The notes: generated by a model not told the origin, from the sequence alone. A stretch of 64,000 nucleotides of DNA from Caulobacteraceae bacterium (GCA_036501825.1 DASXZP010000009.1:6923-70922); one strand, 5' to 3'; shown: positions 1 to 9,424, counted from the first letter of the stretch. A program made the numbers and translations.

Positions 1-85
1 GCGCCTCCGCCGGCGCGAGCTCGCCCGCCTGATGGCGGCGCACGGCGGCCTGCAGCGTTGCGGCAAGATCGGCAGGGGGCGGCAT
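1..85 (-). CDS. 5' end of a gene running off the left edge; the N-terminus resembles TPR-repeat proteins (partial)
   Basis: ATG at 85-83 on the minus strand gives MPPPADLAATLQAAVRRHQAGELAPAEA..., open to the window edge with GC-rich third positions. Only 28 codons are visible. It is absent from the ORF track because it is truncated. Confidence 0.3.
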   Translation of the reverse strand, partial: MPPPADLAATLQAAVRRHQAGELAPAEA

Positions 86-198
86 GGATCCAACCACCGC
101 ACGATTCCCCCTTCCACGCCACGGTCCGACCCCCTCGGGACCGCGCGTCGCAGGCGCCGGCAAGGTTTCGTTAACCATAACTTCTCAGCCTGGGGCCC

Positions 199-1011
199 AT
201 GGCCGTCTCCTCCGTCAACGGATTCGCCGGGGTGGAAGCCGCGATCCGGCGCGCGGCTCAGGCGACCGGCGTCAACTTCGACTTCCTGCTGCGCACGGCG
301 CGCCGGGAGAGCAACCTCAATCCCGACGCCCGGGCCAAGACGACCTCTGCGGCCGGCCTGTTCCAGTTCGTCGACCAGACCTGGCTCGCGACGCTGAAGC
401 GTTATGGCGGCCGCCACGGCCTCGGCGGCTACGCGGCGGCGATCGAGCAGGGCGGCGACGGGCGCTGGCGGGTGGCCGATCCGGCGGCGCGGCGCGCCGT
501 GATGGCGCTGAAGCTCGATCCTCAGGCTTCGGCCCTGATGGCGGGCGAGATGACGGCCGACCATGCCGCCTATCTGCGCGGCCGCACCGGGCGTGATCCA
601 TCCGAGGGCGAACTCTATGCCGCGCACTTTCTGGGGCCGGCCGGCTCGGCCAAGCTGATCGAAACCGCCGCGGTGCGGCCGGGCGTCTCCGCCGCCAGCC
701 TGTTTCCCGAAGCCGCCGGCGCCAACCGTTCGATCTTCTTCCGCGGCGGCCGCTCGCTATCGGTGAGCGAAGTGCTGGCCAATCTGTCGAAGCTCGACGG
801 CGGTTCGGCGTCCGTCGCGGTTCAAACCGTCACACCGCTCGACGAAGCCGGCATGAAGGACGCAGCCATCGGCGCGCGCCTCGATCGTCTGCGCCGCGAA
901 CAGGCGATCATGGCGCTGTTCAACGGTGACGGTGAAAATGGACTCGGGGGCGGTTCGCTGCTCGACGCGCAACTGCTCGGCGCGTTCGGACCCGGCAAAG
1001 ACGAGACCTGA
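199..1011 (+). CDS. Lytic transglycosylase (SLT-domain) protein
   Basis: 270-aa ORF. SLT-type signature RRESNLNP (catalytic Glu-Ser) is followed by AAGLFQFVDQTW. Codon third positions are strongly GC. Confidence 0.75.
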   Translation: MAVSSVNGFAGVEAAIRRAAQATGVNFDFLLRTARRESNLNPDARAKTTSAAGLFQFVDQTWLATLKRYGGRHGLGGYAAAIEQGGDGRWRVADPAARRAVMALKLDPQASALMAGEMTADHAAYLRGRTGRDPSEGELYAAHFLGPAGSAKLIETAAVRPGVSAASLFPEAAGANRSIFFRGGRSLSVSEVLANLSKLDGGSASVAVQTVTPLDEAGMKDAAIGARLDRLRREQAIMALFNGDGENGLGGGSLLDAQLLGAFGPGKDET

Positions 1012-1035
1012 AAACACGCGCCAAAACCCGGCGCA

Positions 1036-1079
1036 TAAAAAAGCCCCGCCGGCGTCGCCTGGGGGACGCGCCGACGGGG
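1036..1079 (-). terminator. Rho-independent terminator candidate downstream of the 1176..1838 gene
   Basis: 11-bp GC-rich stem (1044-1054 pairs with 1069-1079, one mismatch). On the minus strand it is followed by T6 (plus-strand A-run 1037-1042). Confidence 0.45.
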
Positions 1080-1175
1080 TCAAAGGAGACCTTAGGGCAA
1101 GGTCACTGTGGGACGTGTTGCTGTCCTGGACCTGTCCTGGGAACGAAATTCGCTCAAAGCCTTAGCGGGAAAGCC

Positions 1176-1838
1176 TCAAGCGTGCGGTTGTTGCGCAGGC
1201 TGGTCGTCCTGCTGTTGCTGCTGCGGACCCTGATCCTGCGGACCTTGATCCTGATCCTGCTGGTCTTGCGGACCGGCGTCGCTGTCCTGGGGCGGCGGCG
1301 CGCCTTGCGGCGCAGCGACGGCGTCAGACGGCGGCGGCCCGCCTTGCGGACCTTCGCCGCCCTGCGGAGGCGTGGGCGCTACCGCGCGCCACGGGCCGCC
1401 ACACGAGCGCACGTACGGGTAATAACCCGCGGGGTTGTCGCAGTAGTACCAGGAGCCGCCGGCCGCCGGGACGTAGGTCTCAGCGACATAGGCCGGATAC
1501 GGATAGACCGGCTCGTCATACAGGTACCAGAAACCGTCGGCCCACCACCACCAGCCGAAACGGCCGCCGAAGCCGCCGTGGAACCAGTGACCGCCGCGCC
1601 AGGCGCCGAACTGCGCGCCGCTGAAGTGGCTGACCGGACCGGCCGAGAAGTGGCCGAAATGGCTGCCGCCGCCGCCACCGCGGAAGGACGGACTGAAGCC
1701 GCCGTGTCCGCCGCCACGATATCCGCTGTGACCGCCCCCGTGGCTGCCGCCGTGGCCGCCGGAGCTGTGCTGGGCAAGCGCCGCGCTCGGGATAGCCAGG
1801 GCGGCTACGGCGCAGGCTGCGGTGAGTAATCTATTCAT
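1176..1838 (-). CDS. Secreted Gly/His-rich and Trp/Tyr-rich protein with a Gln/Asp/Pro-rich acidic tail (function unknown)
   Basis: Signal peptide MNRLLTAACAVAALAIPSAALA; GGHGG repeats; a WWWW run; the two-Cys motif WYYCDNPAGYYPYVRSCGGPW. The second ATG (1838) is preferred because a GAGGG Shine-Dalgarno sequence lies just upstream. Confidence 0.7.
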   Translation of the reverse strand: MNRLLTAACAVAALAIPSAALAQHSSGGHGGSHGGGHSGYRGGGHGGFSPSFRGGGGGSHFGHFSAGPVSHFSGAQFGAWRGGHWFHGGFGGRFGWWWWADGFWYLYDEPVYPYPAYVAETYVPAAGGSWYYCDNPAGYYPYVRSCGGPWRAVAPTPPQGGEGPQGGPPPSDAVAAPQGAPPPQDSDAGPQDQQDQDQGPQDQGPQQQQQDDQPAQQPHA

Positions 1839-2015
1839 GGGCACCCTCATCGTCTGCCGCCCTCGGACATCCTGGGCGGCCTTGACGCGGAGGCTGAGCC
1901 TCGCCGCTTGAACGGGACCTGAACGGCTTGTTGGGGAACCTTACGGCGGCGGATCGCCTCCGCAGCCCCGATAGAACGCGCTAGGCGGGCGAAATCCGCC
2001 GCTCAGGGGGAAAAG

Positions 2016-3836
2016 CTAGGCCGCGGCGGCGGAAGCCCTGCGGCGGCCGTTGGCCTTGATCGCCCCGGCGTCGGCCACGGCGCGGGCCACGCTGGCCACG
2101 GTGACCGGCTTGCGCAGGACCGTGTCGGCGCCGGCCTCGGTCATCGACTGGGCCTCCTCGGCGTCGCCGCCGATGACGGCCACGATCGGCAGATCCGCGG
2201 GGGAACCGGTCAGGCCGCGGATCTCGCGCGCCGTCTCGGGCCCGTCCATGCCCGGCATGCGGCCGTCCAGCATCACCAGATCGAACTCGGACACCCGCAA
2301 AAGGTCGATCGCACGGCGCCCGTCCTGGGCGTGCAGCACGCGATGGCCGAGCTGTTCCAGCACCGCGCGCAGCATCGCCGCGTTCAGCCCGTCGTCCTCG
2401 ACCACCAGCACCCGCATCGGCCGCGACTGCGCATCGGGCCCGGCGCTGACGACATCCTCCACCGACGCCTTCGCATCGTACGGCAGGTCGAGCCAGAAGC
2501 GCGAGCCCACGCCCGGCGCGCTCTCGGCGCCCACCTCGCCGTTCATCAGCCGCGCCAACTGACGCGACAGCGAAAGACCGAGCCCGGCGCCTGGAATGCC
2601 GGCGCCGGTGCGCTCGATGCGCGCGAACGGTTCGAACGCGCGCCTCAACTCCTCGGCGGAAAGGCCGGGGCCGGAATCGACCACCTCGAGCCGCACGCGT
2701 GTGTTGGCGATGAGGTGCGCGCGCACCTCGATGCGGCCGCGCATGGTGTACTTCACCGCATTGCCGATCAGATTGTTCAGCACCTGGCGCACGCGCGCGC
2801 TGTCGCCGATCGCGGCGCCGCAGCTGGCGGCCAGGACATCGTCGACCTGGGCGCTGATTTCGACGTTCTTCGCCGCTGCGTTGGGGCGGTTGAGCAGGAC
2901 CAGCTCCTCGACCAGGCGCGGGGCGTCGATGGGACGCGTAGCGACCGACAAGGTGCCGGCTTCCGCGGTTTCGGAATCCAGGGTGGCGTCGAGCACATCG
3001 ACCAGATCGTGCGCCGCGTGCAGCGCCGCCTTCAACTGTTCACGCGAGGGCGCGCCGCGCGAGCCGGCGCCGAGCGCGCCGGCCAGCACATGGGCCACGC
3101 CGGACAGGCCGTTGCGGATTTCGTGCGAGAGGGTGGCGACAATGTCGCTCTTCGACTTGGCGAGGCGGCGCGCTTCCTTCAACGCGCCGTCACGGTCCTC
3201 GATCAGGCCCTGACGTTCGAGGTTCAGCAGGAAATGTTCGCGCAGGTGCCGGTTCAGCACCAGGCTCAGCGCCATGCATAGCGCGAGCCCGCTTTCCACC
3301 AGATTGCCGACATAGTCGGTCTGCGGATTGCTCTTCAGCACGATGATCGGCCCCGCCGCCGCCACCGGTGCGATGACCAGCAGGCCGGGCAGGGTGGGCG
3401 AGGCGAAGAAGATGACGCCGGCCGCGGCGCCCGCGCACAGCACCAGCATGGTCTCCGACAGCCAGCCGGCGCCGGCGGCGAAGAACGAGGTCTGGAACAG
3501 GGCGACCGCCCACAGCAAACCGCCGGCAAGCTGGATGCGCGTGCGCAGCTCCACGTTCTCGAGCGCGCCGGGCGTGCGCCGCAGCCAGTCGAGCACGAGA
3601 TAGAACAGCGCCCAGACGAAACCGTAAGCCCCCAGGCAGACCGCGAGCCAGGTGGCGTTGGGGGTCCGCACCCCCAGCATCACGAACACCGGCAGGCAGA
3701 TGCCGAAGAAGCCGAGCGCATAGGGCAACAGCCGCACCTGGGCGTCGAGCGCCTGGCGCGCGATCGCGCGCTCGATCTGGTCGGACGGCAGCGTCAGCTT
3801 GGGACGCTCATCCGTGGGGAAAAGGTCTTCGGACAT
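2016..3836 (-). CDS. Hybrid sensor histidine kinase / response regulator (membrane sensor + HisKA + HATPase + REC)
   Basis: Several N-terminal TM helices; H-box SHEIRNGLSGV; N-box NLIGNAVKYT; G-boxes DSGPGL and GAGLGLSLS; C-terminal receiver VLVVEDD...DLVMLDGRMPGMDG. Confidence 0.85.
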   Translation of the reverse strand: MSEDLFPTDERPKLTLPSDQIERAIARQALDAQVRLLPYALGFFGICLPVFVMLGVRTPNATWLAVCLGAYGFVWALFYLVLDWLRRTPGALENVELRTRIQLAGGLLWAVALFQTSFFAAGAGWLSETMLVLCAGAAAGVIFFASPTLPGLLVIAPVAAAGPIIVLKSNPQTDYVGNLVESGLALCMALSLVLNRHLREHFLLNLERQGLIEDRDGALKEARRLAKSKSDIVATLSHEIRNGLSGVAHVLAGALGAGSRGAPSREQLKAALHAAHDLVDVLDATLDSETAEAGTLSVATRPIDAPRLVEELVLLNRPNAAAKNVEISAQVDDVLAASCGAAIGDSARVRQVLNNLIGNAVKYTMRGRIEVRAHLIANTRVRLEVVDSGPGLSAEELRRAFEPFARIERTGAGIPGAGLGLSLSRQLARLMNGEVGAESAPGVGSRFWLDLPYDAKASVEDVVSAGPDAQSRPMRVLVVEDDGLNAAMLRAVLEQLGHRVLHAQDGRRAIDLLRVSEFDLVMLDGRMPGMDGPETAREIRGLTGSPADLPIVAVIGGDAEEAQSMTEAGADTVLRKPVTVASVARAVADAGAIKANGRRRASAAAA

Positions 3837-3963
3837 GCGGCTAGATTAACAAGCCACAGTTGCTGTCGGGTTTACGACTGAACCTGATCGACGAGGAATC
3901 GGGCCCCGAATGGTAAATCTTCGTTAGGGTTGACCGACCATTGTCGACGCCCTGGCGACCAGG

Positions 3964-5130
3964 GTGAGAGCCATGACGACGCGCGCGATGCGGCTCAGTG
4001 AAATGGATATCCGCCGGCTTGTGAAGGGCGACAGCGTGGACGAGCGCGCCGCCGCCGCCCACAAACTCTGCCGCGCGGTCGAGCATGCCAGCCTGACCGA
4101 GGACGATCGCGCCGCCGCCCAGGGCATTATCCGGGTCCTGGCCAGCGACACCGCCGAACTGGTCCGCCGGGCCCTGGCTGTGACCCTCAAGACCTCGAGC
4201 CTGCTGCCGCGCGACGTGGCCATGCGCCTGGCCCGCGACCTGGAGTCCGTCGCCCTGCCGATCATTAACGCCTCGCCGGTGTTCACCGACGAGGATCTGG
4301 TCGAGATCGTGAAGTCGGGCGCCGTCACCCGCCAGATCGCCGTGGCCGAGCGCGAGAGCCTGTCCAAGCAGGTCACCGCCGCGGTCGCCGTCTACGGGGC
4401 CGAGCCGGCGGTGGCGGCCGCCTGCGCCAACGACAACGCCCGCTTCGCCGAGGCCTCGCTGCAGCGCGCCATCGACCGCTTCGCGCGTTCGGAGGACGTC
4501 ACCCGCGCCATCGCCTATCGCAAGCAGCTGCCGATCACCATCTCCGAGCGCCTGGTCGACATCGTCTCCGACAGCGTGCGCCAGCACCTGGTCGAGCACC
4601 ACGCCCTGAAACTCGACACCGCCATGCGCCTGACCAGCGTCGCGCGCGAACGCATCACCGTGGACCTGGTGGACCAGGCGGCGGTGACCGACGACTACGC
4701 CTCGTTCGCTCAGCACCTGAATCAGAACGGCCGCCTCAACGCCTCGCTGTTGCTGCGCGCGATGGCGCGCGGCCAGATGCTGTTTTTCGAGCACGCGCTG
4801 GCCGAACTTTCGGGCGTGCCGCACGAGCGCACCTGGCTGATGGTGCACGACGCCGGCCCCCTGGGCTTTCGCGCCATCTACGAACGCGCCGGTCTGCCCA
4901 CGCGACTGTTTCCCGCCTTTCGTTCGGCGATCGATTGCTGGCGCGCGGTCGAGGGCGAGGGCGGTCCGCTCGATCGCGACCTGTTCCAGGAACGTGTGCT
5001 GCAGCGCTTCCTCACCTCGCAGCCCTACGCGTCGCGCGAGGACCTGAACTATCTGCTCGAGCGGATCGATCGCTCGGCGCCGGACGCCGGCAAACCGGTG
5101 CGCGTGCTGGAGCACGCCAACGCAGCCTAG
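3964..5130 (+). CDS. DUF2336-like protein (paralog 1)
   Basis: 388-aa ORF with high GC3 and a helical-repeat composition. By eye it resembles the second copy at 8336..9424 (for example ...ALA..L......P..V...LA.D...VA.PI...SP.L.D.DL). The start among several ATGs is uncertain. Confidence 0.65.
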   Translation: MRAMTTRAMRLSEMDIRRLVKGDSVDERAAAAHKLCRAVEHASLTEDDRAAAQGIIRVLASDTAELVRRALAVTLKTSSLLPRDVAMRLARDLESVALPIINASPVFTDEDLVEIVKSGAVTRQIAVAERESLSKQVTAAVAVYGAEPAVAAACANDNARFAEASLQRAIDRFARSEDVTRAIAYRKQLPITISERLVDIVSDSVRQHLVEHHALKLDTAMRLTSVARERITVDLVDQAAVTDDYASFAQHLNQNGRLNASLLLRAMARGQMLFFEHALAELSGVPHERTWLMVHDAGPLGFRAIYERAGLPTRLFPAFRSAIDCWRAVEGEGGPLDRDLFQERVLQRFLTSQPYASREDLNYLLERIDRSAPDAGKPVRVLEHANAA

Positions 5131-5312
5131 TCGGGCGCTTTCGGATTCGTCGGCGGCTGACGGGGCGCTTCGCGTCGCGCGGCGTCTGCGGCGAGGGCGC
5201 GCCACTCGGAAGCCATCTGGCGAAACGCAAGCCGTGCGCCGTCGTCGGTCGCCTTCTGGGCGAGCCGGTCGCACTCAGCCGCGTTCTGCCGGTAGCGGTC
5301 GGCGTCAGACAT
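5127..5312 (-). CDS. Small hypothetical protein (61 aa)
   Basis: MSDADRYRQNAAECDRLAQKATDDGARLAFRQMASEWRALA... resembles a small-protein type I recall from alphaproteobacteria. The start was moved to the internal ATG at 5312. Its stop overlaps the convergent DUF2336 stop in a CTAG. Confidence 0.45.
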   Translation of the reverse strand: MSDADRYRQNAAECDRLAQKATDDGARLAFRQMASEWRALAADAARREAPRQPPTNPKAPD

Positions 5313-5387
5313 GCCGACTTTTATGTCGGCTTGCCGACACGTCCGCAATGCGCGGCCTGAAGAAACCGAAGCTTAGCCGTTAAATAA

Positions 5388-5576
5388 TCAGGTCTTTGTG
5401 CGATCAGCGCTGAGGATGAACAACCGCCGGTCGCCGTCCCAGACCTCGACCGTCGGGTAGCGATCCAGGTACGGACGCGCCACCTCGCGCGCCGCGGCTT
5501 CGTCGGCGCACTCGATGTAATCGCCAAACACGATCTTACCGGCTGCATCGCAGCCGTAGAGGCGGAACGTCGCCAT
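5388..5576 (-). CDS. Small hypothetical protein (62 aa)
   Basis: MATFRLYGCDAAGKIVFGDYIECADEAAAREVARPYLDRYPTVEVWDGDRRLF. GC3 is high, a G-rich Shine-Dalgarno sequence lies upstream, and the pattern RLY..D..G.I...E..D...A...A....VE.W.G.R matches small alphaproteobacterial proteins I recall. Confidence 0.5.
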   Translation of the reverse strand: MATFRLYGCDAAGKIVFGDYIECADEAAAREVARPYLDRYPTVEVWDGDRRLFILSADRTKT

Positions 5577-5702
5577 GCGGCCCCCCTTGGCGCCAGGCCG
5601 GGTCGGTTCATTGAACGCTGTAGAATGCGCCTGCCGTCGCGTCGGTCGCCTGGCCGACTTCCACGCTCGGGAGCGAAGAATTTCCGGCGGCCCTGCCGGG
5701 CG

Positions 5703-6413
5703 TCAGCGGCCGTTCACGACCTTGTTGAAGCGGTTGCGCACGTGGCCGTAACATTCGCAGACGGACGCCTCGAGCGCATCGCGGTTGGTGATGGTGATCT
5801 CGCCGCGGCGATAGCTGATCATGCCCGCCGCCTGCAGCGATTGCGCCGCGGCCGTGACCGTCGTGCGCTGTACGCCCAGCATGAAGGCGAGATATTCCTG
5901 GGTCAGGCGCAGCACCGGCTCGTCGATGCGATCGGCGGCGGTCAGTATCCAACGGCAGAGACGCGCTTCGACGTCATGCAGCGCGTTGCACGCGACCGAT
6001 TGCTCGGCCTGGACGTCGTTGCCTTGCGCGTATCTTGCGGCGGCTTCGAGCAGGGCGCCGTTGCTCATCGCGGCGTCGCGCAGCCGCTGCCCCGGCGCCG
6101 TCAACGCGTCGCCGCCGATCTGTACCACGACGCGGTTGAAGGCGGTCTTGGCTCCCAAGGCATAGAGCAGGCCGTGCGCGCTTTCGCGGCCGATGGTGCA
6201 GCTCTCGACGCTGCGTCCATCCTCCATCAGGGTGATGACGGAAAGGATCGAGCTGGTCGGGAAGAACACCTCGTCGACCGGCGCGCCGGGGTCGTGAAGG
6301 ACCAGGTCACGCGGTAGAAATTTTTCGACAAGGTGAGGCGCGAGGAGGGCGAATTCCGCATCCTTCAGCGAGTCAAGAAACGCGTTCCCCACGAGGAGGC
6401 GCGACTTTTTCAT
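5703..6413 (-). CDS. Crp/Fnr-family transcriptional regulator
   Basis: An N-terminal cNMP-binding-like fold and a C-terminal HTH (LTQEYLAFMLGVQRTTVTAAAQSLQAAGMISYRRGEITI). The start was moved from 6554 to the ATG at 6413 (MKKSRLL). Confidence 0.8.
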   Translation of the reverse strand: MKKSRLLVGNAFLDSLKDAEFALLAPHLVEKFLPRDLVLHDPGAPVDEVFFPTSSILSVITLMEDGRSVESCTIGRESAHGLLYALGAKTAFNRVVVQIGGDALTAPGQRLRDAAMSNGALLEAAARYAQGNDVQAEQSVACNALHDVEARLCRWILTAADRIDEPVLRLTQEYLAFMLGVQRTTVTAAAQSLQAAGMISYRRGEITITNRDALEASVCECYGHVRNRFNKVVNGR

Positions 6414-6794
6414 GGCTCTCTGATCAAAAGCGGCCTGCCCCAAGCCCGAAGACTGTCTGTCATGGTTTTGAATCACCGGGCTTGGCCGTAGTGCCACGCG
6501 TCCTTCCGTTCCGTCTGTCGCCTGACCGACAGACCGGTTGAATCCATTGACCATCTGGGCGCAGCCGCGCGGGGACGGTCGGCGAGGTAGTGGGACCCTG
6601 TCGGCCGGTGGCCGCCGATGAAGAAAACGGGGCGGTCGGGATAGGTTCGGCGCCGACAGGGACGTCCGGCTTGGCTGGACCGATCAGAAACGCGGCGGCG
6701 GCCCGGCGGGTTCCTGGAACCCGGTCAAGGTCGGCCGCAAAGCCTTACGCCGTAAGGTTGGCGTTAGCCCAATCTTCGCTAGCGAATCTTCGCC

Positions 6795-7286
6795 TCAGGT
6801 TATGCCGAGGTGCTCGGCGACCCGGCCTTCGAGCTCCTCGGCCAGCGCCTTGCCGACCGGATGGTTCTCGTCGCGGATTTCGTCGCGCACGGCCGCCTTG
6901 ATCGCTTCGATGTGCGCGTCGATCAGGAACAAGGGCGCCTTGGCGCGCGCCTGCACCGTATCGGTGATCTTGCACAGCGACGCGGCGATGCGGGTGACCA
7001 GCGGATACTCGTAGGTCGAGCCCAGGCCCTTCAGGTCGTGAGCGCGCAGATAGAGCGCCTCGGCGGTCTCGGGCGTATAGCCCTTGGCGGTGATCTCGGC
7101 GCGCGCGGCGTCCATCTTGGCCAACTCGTCGTTCAGCCACTGGCCGAACTGCGCCGACAGGCTCTTCAGCGCGGCCTCCGCCTTCGCCACGGCTTCGGGA
7201 TCGATGCCGCCGAAGCGGCCGCCGGCGACCTTCAGGCGAAGGGTGTTGGGCGGCTGGATGAACTGGGCGGACGACGGCTTGGACAC
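6795..7286 (-). CDS. Stand-alone Hpt (histidine phosphotransfer) domain protein
   Basis: 163-aa ORF carrying the Hpt signature AHDLKGLGSTYEYPLV (H-x-x-K-G). Confidence 0.6.
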   Translation of the reverse strand: MSKPSSAQFIQPPNTLRLKVAGGRFGGIDPEAVAKAEAALKSLSAQFGQWLNDELAKMDAARAEITAKGYTPETAEALYLRAHDLKGLGSTYEYPLVTRIAASLCKITDTVQARAKAPLFLIDAHIEAIKAAVRDEIRDENHPVGKALAEELEGRVAEHLGIT

Positions 7287-7372
7287 GGCGGACTCCTGCG
7301 GGGGCTCGTAAATCCCGGCGCATCATGAACGGAACGGCTTAAAAAGTGCTAACCGCGGAGTCTTAACGGCGT

Positions 7373-8137
7373 TCAGCTGTTGAACTGCTCGTCCAGCACC
7401 CGTTCTTCAAAGGTCCTTCCGGCGTCGAACAGCATGACCAGGGCGTGGTCCATGACTTCCTTGACCTCGACCTTCACCACCTCGCGGACCTCATGGTTAT
7501 CGGCGACCGCGGAGACCGGGCGCTTGTCGGGCTCCAGCACCTCGAGACAGACTTCGGCGGTGTGCGGCAGCAAGGCGCCGCGCCAGCGGCGGGGCCGAAA
7601 CGCGCTGATCGGGGTCAGCGCCAGCACCTGGACGCCCAGCGGGATGATCGGGCCGTGGGCCGAGAGATTATAGGCGGTGGACCCAGCCGGGGTCGCCACC
7701 AGCACCCCGTCGCAGAACAGCTCCTTCAGCCGCACGCGGCCGTCGACCTGGATGCGGATCTTGGCGGTCTGGCGCGTCTCGCGCAGCAGCGAGACCTCGT
7801 TGATGGCCAGGGCGGTCTCGACCTTGCCGGACACGGTGGTGGCGGTCATCGACAGCGGATTGACCGAGGCGCGCTGGGCCTCGCCGATGCGCTCGAGCAG
7901 GCCGTCCTCGGCGAAGTCGTTCATCAGAAAGCCGACCGAGCCGAAGTTCATGCCGTAGATCGGCTTGCGGCTTTCCAGGTGGGCGTGGAGGGTTTCCAGC
8001 ATGAAGCCGTCGCCGCCCAGGGCCACCACCACGTCGGCCTCCGCCTGGGGGCAGTCGCCGTAGCGGTCGGCAAGCCTGCGGCAGGCCTGCTGGGCCTCGG
8101 GACGGTCGCTCGCGGTGAAGGCCAGCTTCAGGGTCAC
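7373..8137 (-). CDS. nadK: NAD kinase
   Basis: 254 aa; GGDGFML motif; NEVSL...; [20 protein letters not shown] start at 8137. Confidence 0.85.
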   Translation of the reverse strand: MTLKLAFTASDRPEAQQACRRLADRYGDCPQAEADVVVALGGDGFMLETLHAHLESRKPIYGMNFGSVGFLMNDFAEDGLLERIGEAQRASVNPLSMTATTVSGKVETALAINEVSLLRETRQTAKIRIQVDGRVRLKELFCDGVLVATPAGSTAYNLSAHGPIIPLGVQVLALTPISAFRPRRWRGALLPHTAEVCLEVLEPDKRPVSAVADNHEVREVVKVEVKEVMDHALVMLFDAGRTFEERVLDEQFNS

Positions 8138-8335
8138 GGGAGATGCTCGTGTTCGGGCCCGGAGCTTCGAGCGCCTAACGGGCCCCTTGTCAAATTGGCG
8201 TTGTCAAACCGGAAGCGGCTGGCTGGTCAGCTAACGCGACGGACGCAGAAGCGATCGCAGACCGCCCGGCTTCAGGACCGGCTGGACCTTGGTCAGGTCT
8301 GGCTTGTTGGCGGCGATGACGTCGGCGACGGTCAG

Positions 8336-9424
8336 CTAATCGACACCGCCGATGCGCTCGCGGAAGACCTTGGCGGCGCCCTCGGGCGTGCGGTTGAACG
8401 CCGCGGCCGCGCGCTTGCCGCCGGCTGCGTCGCCCGCGGGTTTGCCATCGTTCAGATCGCGCACCATGGTCAGAACGTCGGGGAAGGCGGACCGGTCGAT
8501 GCTCACCGCGGCGCAGGCCAGAGCCAGCAGTTCCGGATCGGGCGCATTGCAGGCGCGCTTCAGATCGACGATCGAGAATCCGCCCAGGCTCGACAGCGCG
8601 CTCATGAACAGCGACAGCTTGCCTTCCTTCAGCGCGCGCACAAGATAGCCCGGACGCAGTTGCCCGGCGGACTCGAGCTTGGCGATCAGGCGCTCTTCCA
8701 TGTCCTGGCGCTCGCCGTCGCGTGCGACGACGAAGTTCGCACCGGAAGCGCTGGCGACCGCCGCGCTGATCTCCGGATCGAACGCGGAAGCGTCGACCTG
8801 GAAGCGCTCGCAGATTGCCGACTTCAACGCTTCGCCGACGTAGGCGTAGAGCTGCTCGGCGAGAATCTTGTTGAGTTTCGGATGCCGCGCCAGCGGCGAA
8901 CGCAGCGACGCCACGCGCTTGGCCGCCTCGACCAGACGCGCCATCGCCTTGTCGGTGATCTGCGCGGTCGGATTGTTGGCGAGCGCGGTCATCACCGCCG
9001 GTTCGCCGCCGTCGACGATCGCGTCGACGACCTTCGAGGCGAGCTTCGGGCGGCGCGCGACTTCGATCTGATGCTCGATGGTGGCTTCGACCAGCAAACG
9101 GATCAGGTCGGTGTCCTGCAGCAGCGGGCTCGACAGAATGATCGGACGCGCGATGTCGATGTCGTCCAACGCAAGCACATTGATCAGGGACGGCGGCGCC
9201 CAGGTCGCGGTCGCCAGCCGCTCGGCCAGCGCCCTGCGGATGTGCCGCTCGGCCTCGACCACCAGGGCCATGAACACGTCGTCGAGCAGGGTCTGAAGCT
9301 CAGGGCGCGCCGCCTCGGGGGAGGCGTCGCACAGGTCGGCCACCGCCAGGAGCAGGCGCTCACGATCGCCCTCATGCCGCCCGTGGGCGAGCTCCATCAG
9401 GTCGCGGGCTTGAACGGCCGACAC
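8336..9424 (-). CDS. DUF2336-like protein (paralog 2)
   Basis: 362 aa with high GC3. Motifs shared with 3964..5130 include RRALAERLA....P..L...LALDDIDIARPIILSSPLLQDTDL. Confidence 0.65.
   Translation of the reverse strand: MSAVQARDLMELAHGRHEGDRERLLLAVADLCDASPEAARPELQTLLDDVFMALVVEAERHIRRALAERLATATWAPPSLINVLALDDIDIARPIILSSPLLQDTDLIRLLVEATIEHQIEVARRPKLASKVVDAIVDGGEPAVMTALANNPTAQITDKAMARLVEAAKRVASLRSPLARHPKLNKILAEQLYAYVGEALKSAICERFQVDASAFDPEISAAVASASGANFVVARDGERQDMEERLIAKLESAGQLRPGYLVRALKEGKLSLFMSALSSLGGFSIVDLKRACNAPDPELLALACAAVSIDRSAFPDVLTMVRDLNDGKPAGDAAGGKRAAAAFNRTPEGAAKVFRERIGGVD

Noticed and set aside
6757-6794. The AATCTTCGC direct repeat around a GCTAGC palindrome, and the CCTTAC-GCC-GTAAGG mini-hairpin downstream of the Hpt gene.
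   Set aside because: These are short elements without a T-tract. Chance or a weak terminator explains them equally well, and nothing supports a specific function.
8187-8208. The direct repeat TTGTCAAA-N6-TTGTCAAA upstream of nadK (minus-strand TTTGACAA twice), considered as tandem -35 boxes or a regulator site.
   Set aside because: I could not find a matching -10 element at a sensible distance for either copy. An 8-mer repeated once is weak evidence, so it is noted but not called.
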